64,000 nt of DNA, from assembly GCA_000004985.1 (NCBI GenBank), contig GG738922.1, one strand, 5' to 3'. Source of the stretch: Naegleria gruberi. Lineage: Eukaryota. Positions 11,163 to 22,526 of this stretch are shown here, one piece after another (positions within the stretch are counted from its first letter, which is position 1; every line of letters starts with the position of its first letter). The notes under the pieces were generated by a model, which was not told the origin of the DNA, made no database searches, and saw only the letters and a list, made by a program, of their open reading frames with translations. The position numbers and the translations under genes were made by a program.

Positions 11163-12350
11163 TTAATTATATAAACTCAACTGGTTTTGTCTCGAAACAC
11201 ATAGCGATTCTAATTTGTCTGCCAAAAGTACATTACTAGTAGAGCTAAATCTGAATCTAATAAGTTTGGAGCTGTTCTCTATCAATGAAGAAACATCGTA
11301 CATGCTTTCTATACATAAAACAGTCAGTTCTTCCAAGTAAGGTGAGCTCAAACCAGTGAAATCAATAACACAGTTTGGATCTTTGATAAACTCTCCCTTT
11401 CTTGTTGGTGGTGTATAAACAGCATTGGTGAACTGACATGTGGATATGTATAATGATTTCAGATTAGGGAAATGACCCAAAAATCTGTTCATAGTCTCGT
11501 TATCAATATTTTTAACACAGCTTAATTGAAGTGTGTGAACATTTCTATAACTATCAATAAATCTTGGATTTGCAGAAAAGGCATCCTTATCATCATTCGT
11601 TACAATAATCTTACCATATTGTGGAAATCTTTCCAAAAATTTATGCTCCAAACATCTATTATTAATTAATTTCAAGCTCGTTAGTGGAGACAGGTCACCT
11701 CTCACATCAAAATGTTGATTTAAAATATACAGTTGAGGAATTTGAACTATAGTAAGTTTTGGAAATGTGGCAAGAATAGGTTCCCAATACCATGAAAAAG
11801 CATGTTTTGGTGGAAAGATTATTTTTGGCTTTTCTTGAGTTTGTTGTTTTGGTTTTTTGTGGTCTTCTGGGAAGTAACTATCATCTAATTCGCCATCACC
11901 ATCCTCATCAATCACCATTGGAACAAAGAAAAAGTGAGTTAAATTATCTTGTAAATCCTTATATATCTTTCTATTAGTTCCTCGCATTAAATATATTACA
12001 CTTCTAATATCCAAAAATTGACAAATAGATGAAGCAATTAATTCTGTTGGTAGAGTAAATAATTGATCAGTTTTAGTATTTGATCTATTGTTCTTTGATA
12101 CTTTATAGGCAGAATCTACCAGTTTATCCCTCCATAAATTTTCATTTGGCCATTTGATTCTTTCATTGATGGCTTGTATTGGTTTTTGCTCGTCTGATGA
12201 CATTTTAGTTTGAGTTGTTAACTCCTTTCTGCCACCACTATTCTTTGTGCTACCTCTATGTTTCTTACTTGTTGTTTGTGGTTCATAGTCATCGTCTAAC
12301 ATTCCCAAATGATGTTCATCATTCTCACAAGTTGTTGATGATTGTCCCAT
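11163..12350 (-). CDS. F-box domain protein with an LRR-like C-terminal region
   Basis: 395-aa ORF with ATG at 12348-12350. F-box-like LPTELIASSICQFLDIRSVIYLMRGTNRKIYKDL; the C-terminal half has leucine-rich repeats (LKSLYISTCQF...LEELTVLCIES). Confidence 0.6.
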   Translation of the reverse strand: MGQSSTTCENDEHHLGMLDDDYEPQTTSKKHRGSTKNSGGRKELTTQTKMSSDEQKPIQAINERIKWPNENLWRDKLVDSAYKVSKNNRSNTKTDQLFTLPTELIASSICQFLDIRSVIYLMRGTNRKIYKDLQDNLTHFFFVPMVIDEDGDGELDDSYFPEDHKKPKQQTQEKPKIIFPPKHAFSWYWEPILATFPKLTIVQIPQLYILNQHFDVRGDLSPLTSLKLINNRCLEHKFLERFPQYGKIIVTNDDKDAFSANPRFIDSYRNVHTLQLSCVKNIDNETMNRFLGHFPNLKSLYISTCQFTNAVYTPPTRKGEFIKDPNCVIDFTGLSSPYLEELTVLCIESMYDVSSLIENSSKLIRFRFSSTSNVLLADKLESLCVSRQNQLSLYN

Positions 12351-12928
12351 ATTGATGATGATCTAATTATTATTATTATTCAATGATCCGAATATTTAAA
12401 TAATATATAATACAAATAATATATTTATAATAATCACAACAGTAAAATATTTGCAAATAATATTATTGATGATAAAAACGAATATGTACACTCTTTAACA
12501 CTCTCCAAAAAATCCTCTTGTGATTAAAAAGAACTCTCTGTTGATAACTGCTCTTGCAATCGTCGAAATGGGGAGAGGAGAATTTTTTTGCGTTTATTTT
12601 TTATTGAGCGCCAACTTTCCAACTCATGGAGTTTGCTTTACAATTAGTGGTTTGATAGAACTTTGCTTTCCTACTCTGTGAATTGTTGATAATTTGGATA
12701 ATTTGAAGGATGAATGGAGGGTCATTCGAAAGGCTTTCAATGGTTGGCAGTAAATTGGAAACAAGTTCCTTCCTTTCCTTCAATCTAGCTCACCAAAAGA
12801 TTGTGAACCAACAAGTTCACACGTCCCAACAAGACAAAAGAAACAGCATTCTTTTCTAGGATGGTTTATTTACAGTGCTCATTAGAGCTTAATGATGAAT
12901 TTAAGACAGAGTTCAAGTTCAACATAAA

Positions 12929-13801
12929 ATGTCTACAGAGCAAATCTATGTGAATGCGTACAATCATCAAACTCCTCAACAACATGCAATGATGATGAAT
13001 AATGCAAATGGTTATCCTCAACAAGTCAAGAGTCCATCACATCAAATGGAGCAGCCAGGAATTTACAATCCTCCTCAAATGATGATGAATACTTCATTAG
13101 CAAATAATTCACAACACTCGGTGAGCCTTATTGATCAGATATTCGGACCCAATTCCAAAGCAAAGGTGAAGCAAAGAATAGAACCATTTGAATTATTAAC
13201 TGGATTCGAGACTGAGAATAAGTATGATATAAATTTTGACAATGGATATATGGCTGTCGCTTTGGAAGAATCAGATTGTTGTGCTAGACAATATTGTGGG
13301 CCAAAGAGACCTTTCAAGATGCATATTGCTTTGAAAGTAAGTTGCTTTATGATTCTTATTCCGATTATTAATATCCAAAATTAGCAAAACAAGCAAGAAT
13401 TTCTAACACTTGATAGACCCTATTGTCACTTCTTTCATGAAGTTAATGTGTATGATACAGCCACGAATCAGGTTCTGGGACAAGTTGAATTAAGGTTTAC
13501 GTTATTTTCAAGGGAGCTTAATGTTTTTGATCCGGAAGGAGTGAAAATGTTTGAAATTGTTTCATCTTGTTGTGAATGTTGGACCTTTCACATTGAAAAA
13601 GATGGTGAACGAGTGGGTAAGATTAGCAAGAAGTGGAGTGGTTTTGTGAAGGAAGCATTTACAGATGCCGATAACTTTGGAATTGAATTCCCAGACAGGG
13701 CAACTCCAAAGCAAAAAGCAGTCTTGTTGGGAGCTCTCTTCCTCATTGACTTTCTATACTTTGAATCAAATGAGGACAACAATAAAAATGATCACTACTA
13801 A
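12929..13801 (+). CDS. phospholipid scramblase family protein, two exons (12929..13336, 13385..13801)
   Basis: Exon 1 ends ...CCARQYCGPKRPFKMHIALK. A 48-nt intron at 13337..13384 (GTAAGT...TTAG) joins in phase 0 to QNKQEFLTLDRPYCHFFHEVNVYDTATNQVLGQV...ISKKWSGFVKEAFTDADNFGIEFP...LGALFLIDFLYFE. This matches the scramblase signature (EAFTDADNFGI, palmitoylation-type Cys cluster, C-terminal helix). Confidence 0.85.
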
Positions 13802-13831
13802 CTCGAGATTCAAAAAGACACAAACGTTTAT

Positions 13832-15241
13832 TTACATCAAATATTCAAAGGAAAATGGCTCAGTTGTTGGATTAGAGGCATCATCGTTGAATTCCCCAAC
13901 ATGAGACGACACTTGAGAGTTTAATTTTTCAAGTTGTTCGATTGGGTTGAGCTTTTTCTTTTGAGGAGAAGGATTGCTGTTTGAAGAGCTAGCACCTGCT
14001 GCGTTATTGGAATTACTGGAAGGTGTAGGTGTGGAAGAGGATGAAGAACTGCCGGAGGAAGCATTGGTTGAGTTACTAGAAGCTTGACTTGCACTAGAAG
14101 CTTGTGCTGGTTGTTGGCTGCTCACATCTGCTCCCTTAGCTACAGCAACTTGTTGAACTGGTTGTCTGTATTGAGCAGGATAATAAGAGGAAGGATAACC
14201 ACCATATCCATAGGTTGTAGCTGCAGGATAACCACCATATGCTCCATAGCCAGTTGCAGCAGGAGCAGCAGGATAACCGCCATATGCTCCATAGCCATTG
14301 TAATAATTTGCTGGAGCTGCTCCATATCCATAACCACCGTAATTGGATGGATAATTGGCTGGATAATAAGATGGATTGACTGGAGCAACAGCTGTAGCAG
14401 TAACAGCACCAGCAGGAGGAGCACCATTGGAATAGTAAGCTGTTGGAGTTCCACCAGCTCCATAGTAAGTAGCAACGGGAGTTGTTTGGACATAGTTTGT
14501 GCCAGCATAACCAGTTTGTTCCAAAACATCAATCTTTCTATAGTATTCAATTGTGATACTCAAATAGTACATGTAACCATTCCAGTTTTGAACCTTGGCA
14601 ACTTCAACCACTCTCTTTGAGTATTCATAGACTTGTAAAATGTACTTTCTATAGGTGGATGGAGCAAATGTTCTGTACTTGTAGAGGTACTTGGCATGGT
14701 TGGCTAAATTGTTAGCATACTTTTTGGCAATTTGAGGGTATTGAGAATCCTCCCCATGAGTATTCACCTTATCACCATAGAATTTAACATAATTCAAATC
14801 ATTGTCTAATAAGCTCTTATAGTATGAATAGGGATTGAATGATAATTGTTGTGATGGTTGTTCTTGTTGTGCTTGTTGTGTTGAAGAGTCAGGTTGTTTT
14901 GAATCAGGAGGAGGAACAGGAGTTGGAGCAGCATGACTACTACCACTACTTTTATCACCTCTATGAGGAGTGTAGGTTTCTTTATGACCACCTTGATATT
15001 CAATGCAATTCTCATATTCTACATCCTGGTCGTCATCCTTAAATTCATTCTCGTCGACTGGAATGTCATCAACGAATTCATCATCTTCTGCTCTTATGAT
15101 ATCATCATAGATTTCTGATTCTTCAAATCTTCTCACTTTCTTGATTCGATTCTTGTTCTGAGCAAAGCAAAAGCAGCATAGCAAAACTAGTATAAAGAGT
15201 GCGAATAATAGAATTCGAATGAGTGAGTGATTGGATTTCAT
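13832..15241 (-). CDS. secreted low-complexity G/Y/A/P-rich protein (extracellular-matrix or cell-wall-like)
   Basis: 469-aa ORF with ATG at 15239-15241. It has an N-terminal signal peptide (LIRILLFALFILVLLCCFCFA), a long YG/AG repetitive core and an S-rich tail. Nested ORFs on both strands are low-complexity artefacts. Confidence 0.6.
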   Translation of the reverse strand: MKSNHSLIRILLFALFILVLLCCFCFAQNKNRIKKVRRFEESEIYDDIIRAEDDEFVDDIPVDENEFKDDDQDVEYENCIEYQGGHKETYTPHRGDKSSGSSHAAPTPVPPPDSKQPDSSTQQAQQEQPSQQLSFNPYSYYKSLLDNDLNYVKFYGDKVNTHGEDSQYPQIAKKYANNLANHAKYLYKYRTFAPSTYRKYILQVYEYSKRVVEVAKVQNWNGYMYYLSITIEYYRKIDVLEQTGYAGTNYVQTTPVATYYGAGGTPTAYYSNGAPPAGAVTATAVAPVNPSYYPANYPSNYGGYGYGAAPANYYNGYGAYGGYPAAPAATGYGAYGGYPAATTYGYGGYPSSYYPAQYRQPVQQVAVAKGADVSSQQPAQASSASQASSNSTNASSGSSSSSSTPTPSSNSNNAAGASSSNSNPSPQKKKLNPIEQLEKLNSQVSSHVGEFNDDASNPTTEPFSFEYLM

Positions 15242-15426
15242 TTTTCAATGAAGTTATCTAATCACTGTTTTGTTTTAAGAATGTATTTGTTGGGTATATA
15301 TTAATTTGATAAAATGTATGGTGATTAGCCAAAATGGATAATTAGAGTATTAAGAAACTTCCTATAAACTTGAAAACTTTCCATTTTCTAATAAAGGAAT
15401 GCTACATTTAAAGAAATTTACAATTT

Positions 15427-15986
15427 TCACAAAACGCTGTTTACTAATTTACAAAAGACTTGTTACCCCAGTTCCTCTTTGATATATGACTTGAAAAGAT
15501 TAATTACAATATTTGTAAAAATAACTTACGATAGCCCCAGAAAATTGACCAAATCCAACCTATTTGTTCATAATTAACAATAACATTATTTTGACACATT
15601 ATATTCCTCATTGTGATCTACTTACCAACAATAATAAAAGCAGTAATGAATTGCAATAAGGCAGATACACCATTAAATGTTAATACATCATCATCCTCAC
15701 AATAGAAAGCAGCAACCTAATAAATTGTATTAATAATAAATAATAAACAAATTATTGATCTAATAATCAACGTACCAAAGTACCAATACCTGGCAAGAAA
15801 ATATTCAAAATTAAAACAATGAGTGGTAAATTGCCCTTCAATTTTGGTACATTTTTCATGAAGAAGGCCATTCCTCCAGCTGTTCCCTAATCACTCCGAT
15901 CACAAAATTATTTAATTTTCAATAACTATTGAACAATATTTAATTAAACCTACAGAGGCTCCAAACATTCCGATAAGTGCAGACAT
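15427..15986 (-). CDS. small (~95 aa) multi-pass membrane protein with PGIGT motif (possibly SPEC3/stum-like), five exons: 15954..15986, 15776..15886, 15626..15716, 15530..15559, 15427..15443
   Basis: Not in the ORF track. Manual model: MSALIGMFGAS|GTAGGMAFFMKNVPKLKGNLPLIVLILNIFLPGIGTL|VAAFYCEDDDVLTFNGVSALLQFITAFIIVG|WIWSIFWGY|LNSVL*. Donors are GTAGGT, GTACGT, GTAAGT and GTAAGT; all acceptors are (T)TAG. Introns are 67, 59, 66 and 80 nt and phases are consistent. The family assignment is tentative. Confidence 0.5.
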
Positions 15987-16094
15987 TGTTGATGAGATTG
16001 TTTATTCGTTGTTGAATATTTTTTCTGTTGATGGGTTTTATGAAAAGGACTTTTTCAAATTAGATTCGTTTTGGAATAATTTCGTAAAGCAGCT

Positions 16095-19004
16095 TCAAAC
16101 AGTTGGTTGCACTTTTACATGTAATGAGGTAGTTTTTCTAAGGACACAACAACATATGCAAGCGCCTAAACACAGAACAGACAACAAGCAAAATGCAACA
16201 AATCCAATAGTGAGGAGTACTCCAATAGTTACGATGGAAATACTGCTGTTTGTCTTGTCTAAGAGCATACAAACTGAGGAATCCTCAAGTTTCATACTCT
16301 TTGATCTGGTGAGAACAAGACCATACTTTTGAGTCTGTGTTGTTGCTTCAGCAGTTACTTTTACCATTATAATGGAAGAAGAGTCGAATCCTGTAATTGT
16401 AACTCTCTCAACATTATTTTGGCTGTCTTTTTCTGTTAAACCATTTGCAAACACTCTCTTACTCATTTTCCCATCTTCAAATACAGTTACAATCATATCC
16501 AAATCTGAGTATAGAGTAGGAACACTATTTGCTTGATTTGGAGCATCGTACCATGCAATAGTTGCTTTCAGGAATGAGTTTGCATCCCTTGAGTTTGTGG
16601 AATAGCAATGCACATTTACACCTCCTCCTGTAATCTCTTGACGATCAAAAAGATCCAATATGAATGTTGAATCGTCGAACTCTAGAATATTTGACAACCC
16701 TATTGCCCCAAAACCTTCGTACTTATTGGGGGTGTCTTTGTTTCCAAGAGCAACAACAAAACTATCACTTCCATCCAAACTTACAGCTCCATTCAAAGAT
16801 GTGCAGCTATTTATAAGAGCTGCTTTAATTAATGGACCAGAAGGATTTGCAAGACCTTTCAACTTTCGCATGTATTCTCTAATTAAGGCTATTGACCCAG
16901 AAACCTAATTGAACGTAAAGTTAGAATTGAATCAATAGAAGACTTACTATTGGTGTTGACATGGATGTTCCAGTAGATACCTTTAGAGCAGCATCATTTG
17001 TGGCATTGGGATATATGTTTCCACACTGATTTGTTGACAAGCTACCGTCGGATCTAGTCGAAACAACTCGATCTCCAACAGCAACACCTTTTTGGGTTAA
17101 TTGATAAATTTCAATAAACTTACAATCTGGTTTCATTCTATTACCAGTTGCCGGGCCTCTAGCAGAAAAGAAAGCAACATTATTCTGATTATAGGAGGTT
17201 TTCAACACTTTCAATTGAGATTCCATTCTCGAAGGACAACAAGAGAAAGAGCAAGAATAATCGGAACAACAAGTATCTGATGTGACACCACAAATCTCTG
17301 ACTCTTCATCGAGGTTAAGGTACTGAATAGAATCTACAAATCCTTGATTGCTTGTCATTGAAGCTCCCACAACAATAGCATTCTTTGAAGTAGTGGCAAT
17401 CGTTCCATCAACAGCAATATTACCCTCGTTTCCAGCAGCAAATACTACCACTGCATCTTGATTCTCATATAAAAAATCATCAATTTGCATGTCTCTCTTT
17501 CCATAGCTATTGCACAATCTGCAACAATCCAATCCGTAGGCAGATTTACATTTTTCATTAGCAACTAATGAGAATTTCTTTCCCAATGAATCATCATCTA
17601 TGAGCAGATAGCACTGACAATCATAAGAGCACGAGAATAATGAAGCATAGGAGCAGGTGTAACTATTGGAGAATATCCGTGAATTAAGATTGTATCCTTG
17701 TAAGAACATTGTTCTAATATCGGATGGTACCAAAAGATCAGATTCGTTTTCATTCTCAATATCTAACATGATAATCTTCGATTTGTAAGCTATACCATTA
17801 TATTCACTCATTGTATTGTTATCTTCCGATTCAAGATTTCCTGCCACAGATCCACACACATGACTAGAATATTAAGAATAAAGCACCAGAAAAAAACTTA
17901 CGTCCCATGTCCATCCAAAGAATCCTTTCCATCCGCTTGTTTACCATTATTACTCATGTTTATGTAGGCTAAAACTTTTCTATGGTCCTTATTAACTTGA
18001 CCTGTTGTAACTGGAAGAGAAGGATCCGAAAAAAAGCAACTATCCCAATCTAGGCCGGTATCTGCCACCGTTATGACTTCTCCCTCTCCTGTGATATTTC
18101 TTTCCCATATTGGATTGGAATTGGTATTTAGCTCACCATCTGTACGAAGACCTTGTGCATGTTTTGTTGCTACTTTGTTAGATGTTCTCATTGGTTCTCT
18201 TCTCTGTATCCACTTTACACTTGGGTTGTCCAAAAGAAATTCGGCTATTCTATCCAAAAACTTAAAAGGGACTTGAATATCTATCATACCATCACCAACA
18301 ATTTCAATTTGATAATTATCTGAATGATATTTCATAAAGGCATTAAAATTAGTTTGAAATCTCTCTGTAACTTTCAGAAGTGAATTGATATCCGTAAGGG
18401 AAGGAATCAGAAGAAGTTCAAGTGCTATTCTACTATCCCTTGTACTGTTTTTAGCTTGTTCATAAATATAAAACATATCAATACTAGTTTTCAGCTCGTT
18501 TTCGAATGATCGTATCCACACAATTTCATTCTCCATCTCTTTGAGCATGTATTGATCTGCTCTAATAAGGTAAATGTTTCCGCTCTTCAATAAATAGGTT
18601 TTTTCAAAATTGTAATGGGTTGTCAGGGTCGAATTTCTGTTCATTCTCTCAACTAATTTGACAATAAATAATTGATCCGTCGTTATTGATCGTTTCATGT
18701 TCAAAATTTCACTTTTCATGTTGTCTTTGTGTGATATTACAACTGTTTTCCTTTTAAATTCAATCAAGTCCACTTGATTGAATGAATCATCTCTAAATAT
18801 TCGATAAGCCTTCTCCATCATCACATCATTCAACACAAATCCATGTTCAAACTTTATCAAGAACACAATCTCAATCATCAATCCGATGATTATCAAACCC
18901 AACACTGCAACAAATAATCTGCTCCACCACGATGAAAATAGCGAGTATATTTTCTTCATATGAGTTGTTCTTTCAATGTTATTATTATTATTATTATTAA
19001 TCAT
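16095..19004 (-). CDS. subtilisin-like serine protease (peptidase S8) with N-terminal signal-anchor and C-terminal TM segment, three exons: 17902..19004, 16948..17863, 16095..16904
   Basis: Three track ORFs join through two tiny introns. The first runs 17864..17901 (GTAAGT..CTAG) inside the His motif: DGHGT|HVCGSVAG. The second runs 16905..16947 (GTAAGT..TTAG) just after the Ser motif: GTSMSTPI|VSGSIALIREY. The catalytic triad Asp (VADTGLD), His (DGHGTHV), Asn (AAGNEG) and Ser (GTSMSTP) is intact. Confidence 0.85.
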
Positions 19005-19700
19005 TCTGTCTTTTGCGCTGCGACCTCATTAAGGCTATTTTTTTTGACACTTTCTAAATTTCGTTAGGGCAGTTTAATGCTTCCCGCCAAAAAAATCCTT
19101 AATAAGTAGCTGTGAAGTGAAGACTTTTTCAAACTCAATGTCCTCTGAGAATATACATTATTCAGCACGAGGTTTTTTGTGAAACCTGGCCAAACAATTC
19201 AAATAGCCAAAAAAATAATTGTTTTGGGTTAATATCGAGTTTCCTGATTGGAAACATACCTCGACTTTCAACGTCTTTTTTAATCTTCATGATCGACCCA
19301 TTGTTGCATTGTGAGAGGTGTGAATGAATACGATTCATACTGGTTTGATCTGTTATCATTCGAACAAATGATTTAAAAGTACATTGAGAAAATATCTTAA
19401 TTGCAATCAGCTAGGGGGTGATATAAATGAAAGGAAAGTTTCAAGGAATGTCGCCTCAAAGGACAATCTGTTATAAAATGTTAACTACTCTTTGGGTAGC
19501 ATAAAATTATGGTAATTACCCAAATTTGTAGTTGTGTGATAGCCAGATTGTGAGTTTTTGGGAATTGAGTGTGTGTTCATGTTTAAATTGAATCGATTGC
19601 ACAATTGATTCATCAAAACAAAGACAAAATATGAAGTAGAATGCTAGATAATGCTTCGATTTGGTTCTTGTCATGCATACTTTGATCGAAAAAAAACAAA

Positions 19701-21218
19701 ATGACTACTTCCCCAAATCATACGAAACTCAAGTTTATCGATTTAACCAAAGAGATTGAAGATTGTAGCAAGGATCAAAATCTATCCGTGTACCACTATC
19801 AAGCTGCAAACAGTGGTGGTCAATCAATGCATTCTGGTTCTCAGAGAAAGAAAATTAATAAGAGATTTAGAAATAATCCTGGCTTTGCATCCAATTTCTT
19901 CTTCTTTCCTTCAAGTGTTGCAGTGAATGGGAATACCTCAGCTAATATGGCCATCAACAAGGATGGATCTTGTGCTTCATCATCATCATCATCATCATGT
20001 TGTGATAACACTTCAACTGTTTCAACACCAACCCCAAGAAGGTGGAGTTTGCAAACTAAACAAAACGAAAAGATGGCAGCTGCCAATCCATGTGAAGGAG
20101 CTCCAGTAGTTGCATCACAACAAGATGAGAAGGGAAATGAAATGATAATGAATGAGGATACATGCCACCCTTCATCCATCCCTCCACAAAAGAAGAGTCC
20201 TCAATCTGCAACATCAAGAGGAAAGAGGCCACCTAAAGGTCGATTACAACGTAGATTTTCATGTAGTGATTATTTACCAACTAAAGGAAGCATGATGACA
20301 GAGCAAGATCTTGCCAGTATCGAAAGTATTTATTCACCAATGAGTTCCTATTGTATTACTCCAAACAGTCAATTTGTAAACTTTACATTCAGCTCTCCAG
20401 ATGCTCCATCCCAACCTTCTCCTCCAACTACTACAAATACAACAACAACATGTACAACAGTAATTAATGGCAGGTATGAGGGTACCTCCTCTGATGCTAT
20501 TGGAAACAATGATTTGGAGAAGGTGATAGAGTTTGAAGAAGAATGGGACTTTCTCGATCCAAACTCAAAGAAGAGAAGACCAAGCTTTGATATAAATCAA
20601 GATGAGATGGATAAACTATTCCACGCCTTCTCATTTGAACCTATTCAAGAGAATGATCATACTCCTCAATCTTCGTCAGGTGGTGCTGAATTCGATGGAA
20701 GTGAAATTCCAGCAACAGTTGATGAGATTAATCGTAATTGTATTGTAAAGAATTCTGAAGATCAACTCATGACAGATCAAGCACTAGTGCAAGATGGCTA
20801 TGTCAATTTATTGCAAGACATGTCAACTGGTAATGATCAAATAACAAGTGAAACTGAGCTCCTTTTCAATTCTCTGCCAGAAGAAATGAAACAACAATTA
20901 GTTTCCTTCTTTTTACTTCAAAGTAACAATGGTGAACAACCTTCTGCTGTTGTTTCCAATACAACTGAAGTTTCTTCTGATGAGCCAACTCAAGATTCTA
21001 CTGCAGAAACCAAAGAGAATGAAAAGAGATCCACCAGTACCACTCAAGAAATTGACAATATGCTGGAAAATGTTTCAGATCAACCACTATTTGAACCAAT
21101 CACTGAAATTGGATTATCAGAATTGAAAGAATTTGGTTTATTTGAAGATTTGGAAGAAGCTACTCTAAGAGCATCCAACTCTAACGACGATTTTGAGAAT
21201 TTCTTAAATAACTTGTAA
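19701..21218 (+). CDS. hypothetical S/T-rich acidic protein
   Basis: 505-aa single ORF with ATG at 19701 behind aaaacaaaATG. It has a Ser run (SSSSSSSCC), a T-rich tract and an acidic C-terminus. No recognised domain. Confidence 0.5.
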   Translation: MTTSPNHTKLKFIDLTKEIEDCSKDQNLSVYHYQAANSGGQSMHSGSQRKKINKRFRNNPGFASNFFFFPSSVAVNGNTSANMAINKDGSCASSSSSSSCCDNTSTVSTPTPRRWSLQTKQNEKMAAANPCEGAPVVASQQDEKGNEMIMNEDTCHPSSIPPQKKSPQSATSRGKRPPKGRLQRRFSCSDYLPTKGSMMTEQDLASIESIYSPMSSYCITPNSQFVNFTFSSPDAPSQPSPPTTTNTTTTCTTVINGRYEGTSSDAIGNNDLEKVIEFEEEWDFLDPNSKKRRPSFDINQDEMDKLFHAFSFEPIQENDHTPQSSSGGAEFDGSEIPATVDEINRNCIVKNSEDQLMTDQALVQDGYVNLLQDMSTGNDQITSETELLFNSLPEEMKQQLVSFFLLQSNNGEQPSAVVSNTTEVSSDEPTQDSTAETKENEKRSTSTTQEIDNMLENVSDQPLFEPITEIGLSELKEFGLFEDLEEATLRASNSNDDFENFLNNL

Positions 21219-21500
21219 ATAATAAACCTTGTAAAATAATAATCACCATCATACCACACCAATCAAATACTAATATCTGAATTTATTTCTAATAAAACTT
21301 TGTTCCTTCTTTTCCTCAATAGAACGTTGTTCCACTTCAATTACTTCTTCCATTAGCCTTCTAAAATAAAGCCACTTATCAACCATCGCACAGTAATCAT
21401 TAAAAAAAACTCACGACGCAATTTTTCTCAAGTCAAGTTGCTTGATGAAGTAAAAACAAGAAGAAAAGATAGAGATCATCATACAACAATAACAATCATT

Positions 21501-22521
21501 ATGGAACAACAATCAACCTCTGCTACACCTGGCAAACGTCAAGATTATGTACAATATACTCCTCAAATTGTAACTAATTATAATCAACAATATGGCCAAC
21601 AGCAAGAACAAGGTTTGGCATCACCATCACAAGAACACTATGAAGACTCGATGCTTGAATTGAAAGATGTCGATACACTTCCATCAAATTATGCCTTTGT
21701 CTCTCATCAAATTCCTCCTAATACTATGTACAACAATCAACAACCACCACAGCAAGTACCACAACAAGTCATCTATTTGCCTGCTGAAACTCAACAACGA
21801 GTCTATGAAACACCTTCTAACAATAATTATATTCACTCTGGAATGATTATGAATCCTAACGTTGTTCCTAACCATCATTTATCTCCATCATCATCAGCAG
21901 AACCTTCTTCCTTTATTATCAGCAAGTATACATCTTGGACAAGAGTTGTTATGGTATTTGCTATCCTCTTGGGTATCTATGGGTGTTTTGGTTTGGTATC
22001 ACAGTTGATATTGGTTTTCTCTTATTCAACCTTCTCTAGTGTTGAAGGTATTTCTGTGAACACATCTGTTATATCAATTATTGCTTCCTGTGTTAATTCA
22101 TTGATTGAAATTGGTGCTGGATCTGTTGGTGTTTGGTCAACTATTACAAAGAATCCAAAGCATAGAAAGAATACCACTATTGCTCATTTGGTTCTTCTTT
22201 CGTAAGTATTTGAATGATATTGATTTGTTAACCTTTGAAAGAATCGTTGTTCTTTACAATATCATCTATGGTATTATTGGTACTCTTGAAATGTTTTTCG
22301 GTGAGCAAACACAGGAAATTGCCAGTGCTGGACTTAACCCACAAAATTTAATAATTTTCTTAGTTTTTTCACTTTTATTATTTGTTTTAATGATTTTTGC
22401 TTGTTGTGGAAGTTGTATTGGATGTCAAGCTTATCGTTTCAGAATTATGTCAAAATTACAAGATGCTCAACCAGAAATAGCTCAAGGAGAAGGATTTATG
22501 GTCATGCGTGATGAAGTTTAA
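21501..22521 (+). CDS. four-TM membrane protein with Q/P-rich N-terminal region, two exons (21501..22201, 22242..22521)
   Basis: The track start at 21438 is TTG; the first ATG is 21501 (MEQQSTSATPGKRQDY...). Exon 1 ends ...AHLVLL(S) and a 40-nt intron at 22202..22241 (GTAAGT...AAAG) runs in phase 2 into IVVLYNIIYGIIGTLEMFFG.... There are four hydrophobic helices and a CCGSCIGC motif near the C-terminus. Confidence 0.6.
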
Positions 22522-22526
22522 ATAAA

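Noticed and set aside
14084-14620. Nested ORFs 14084..14620 (+) and 14140..14550 (-) inside the G/Y-rich gene, plus 3850..4032, 4327..4536, 1160..1357, 47489..48256 and 45009..45452 inside other genes
   Set aside because: They are other-frame or antisense ORFs in low-complexity or highly expressed-looking CDS, with no domain content.
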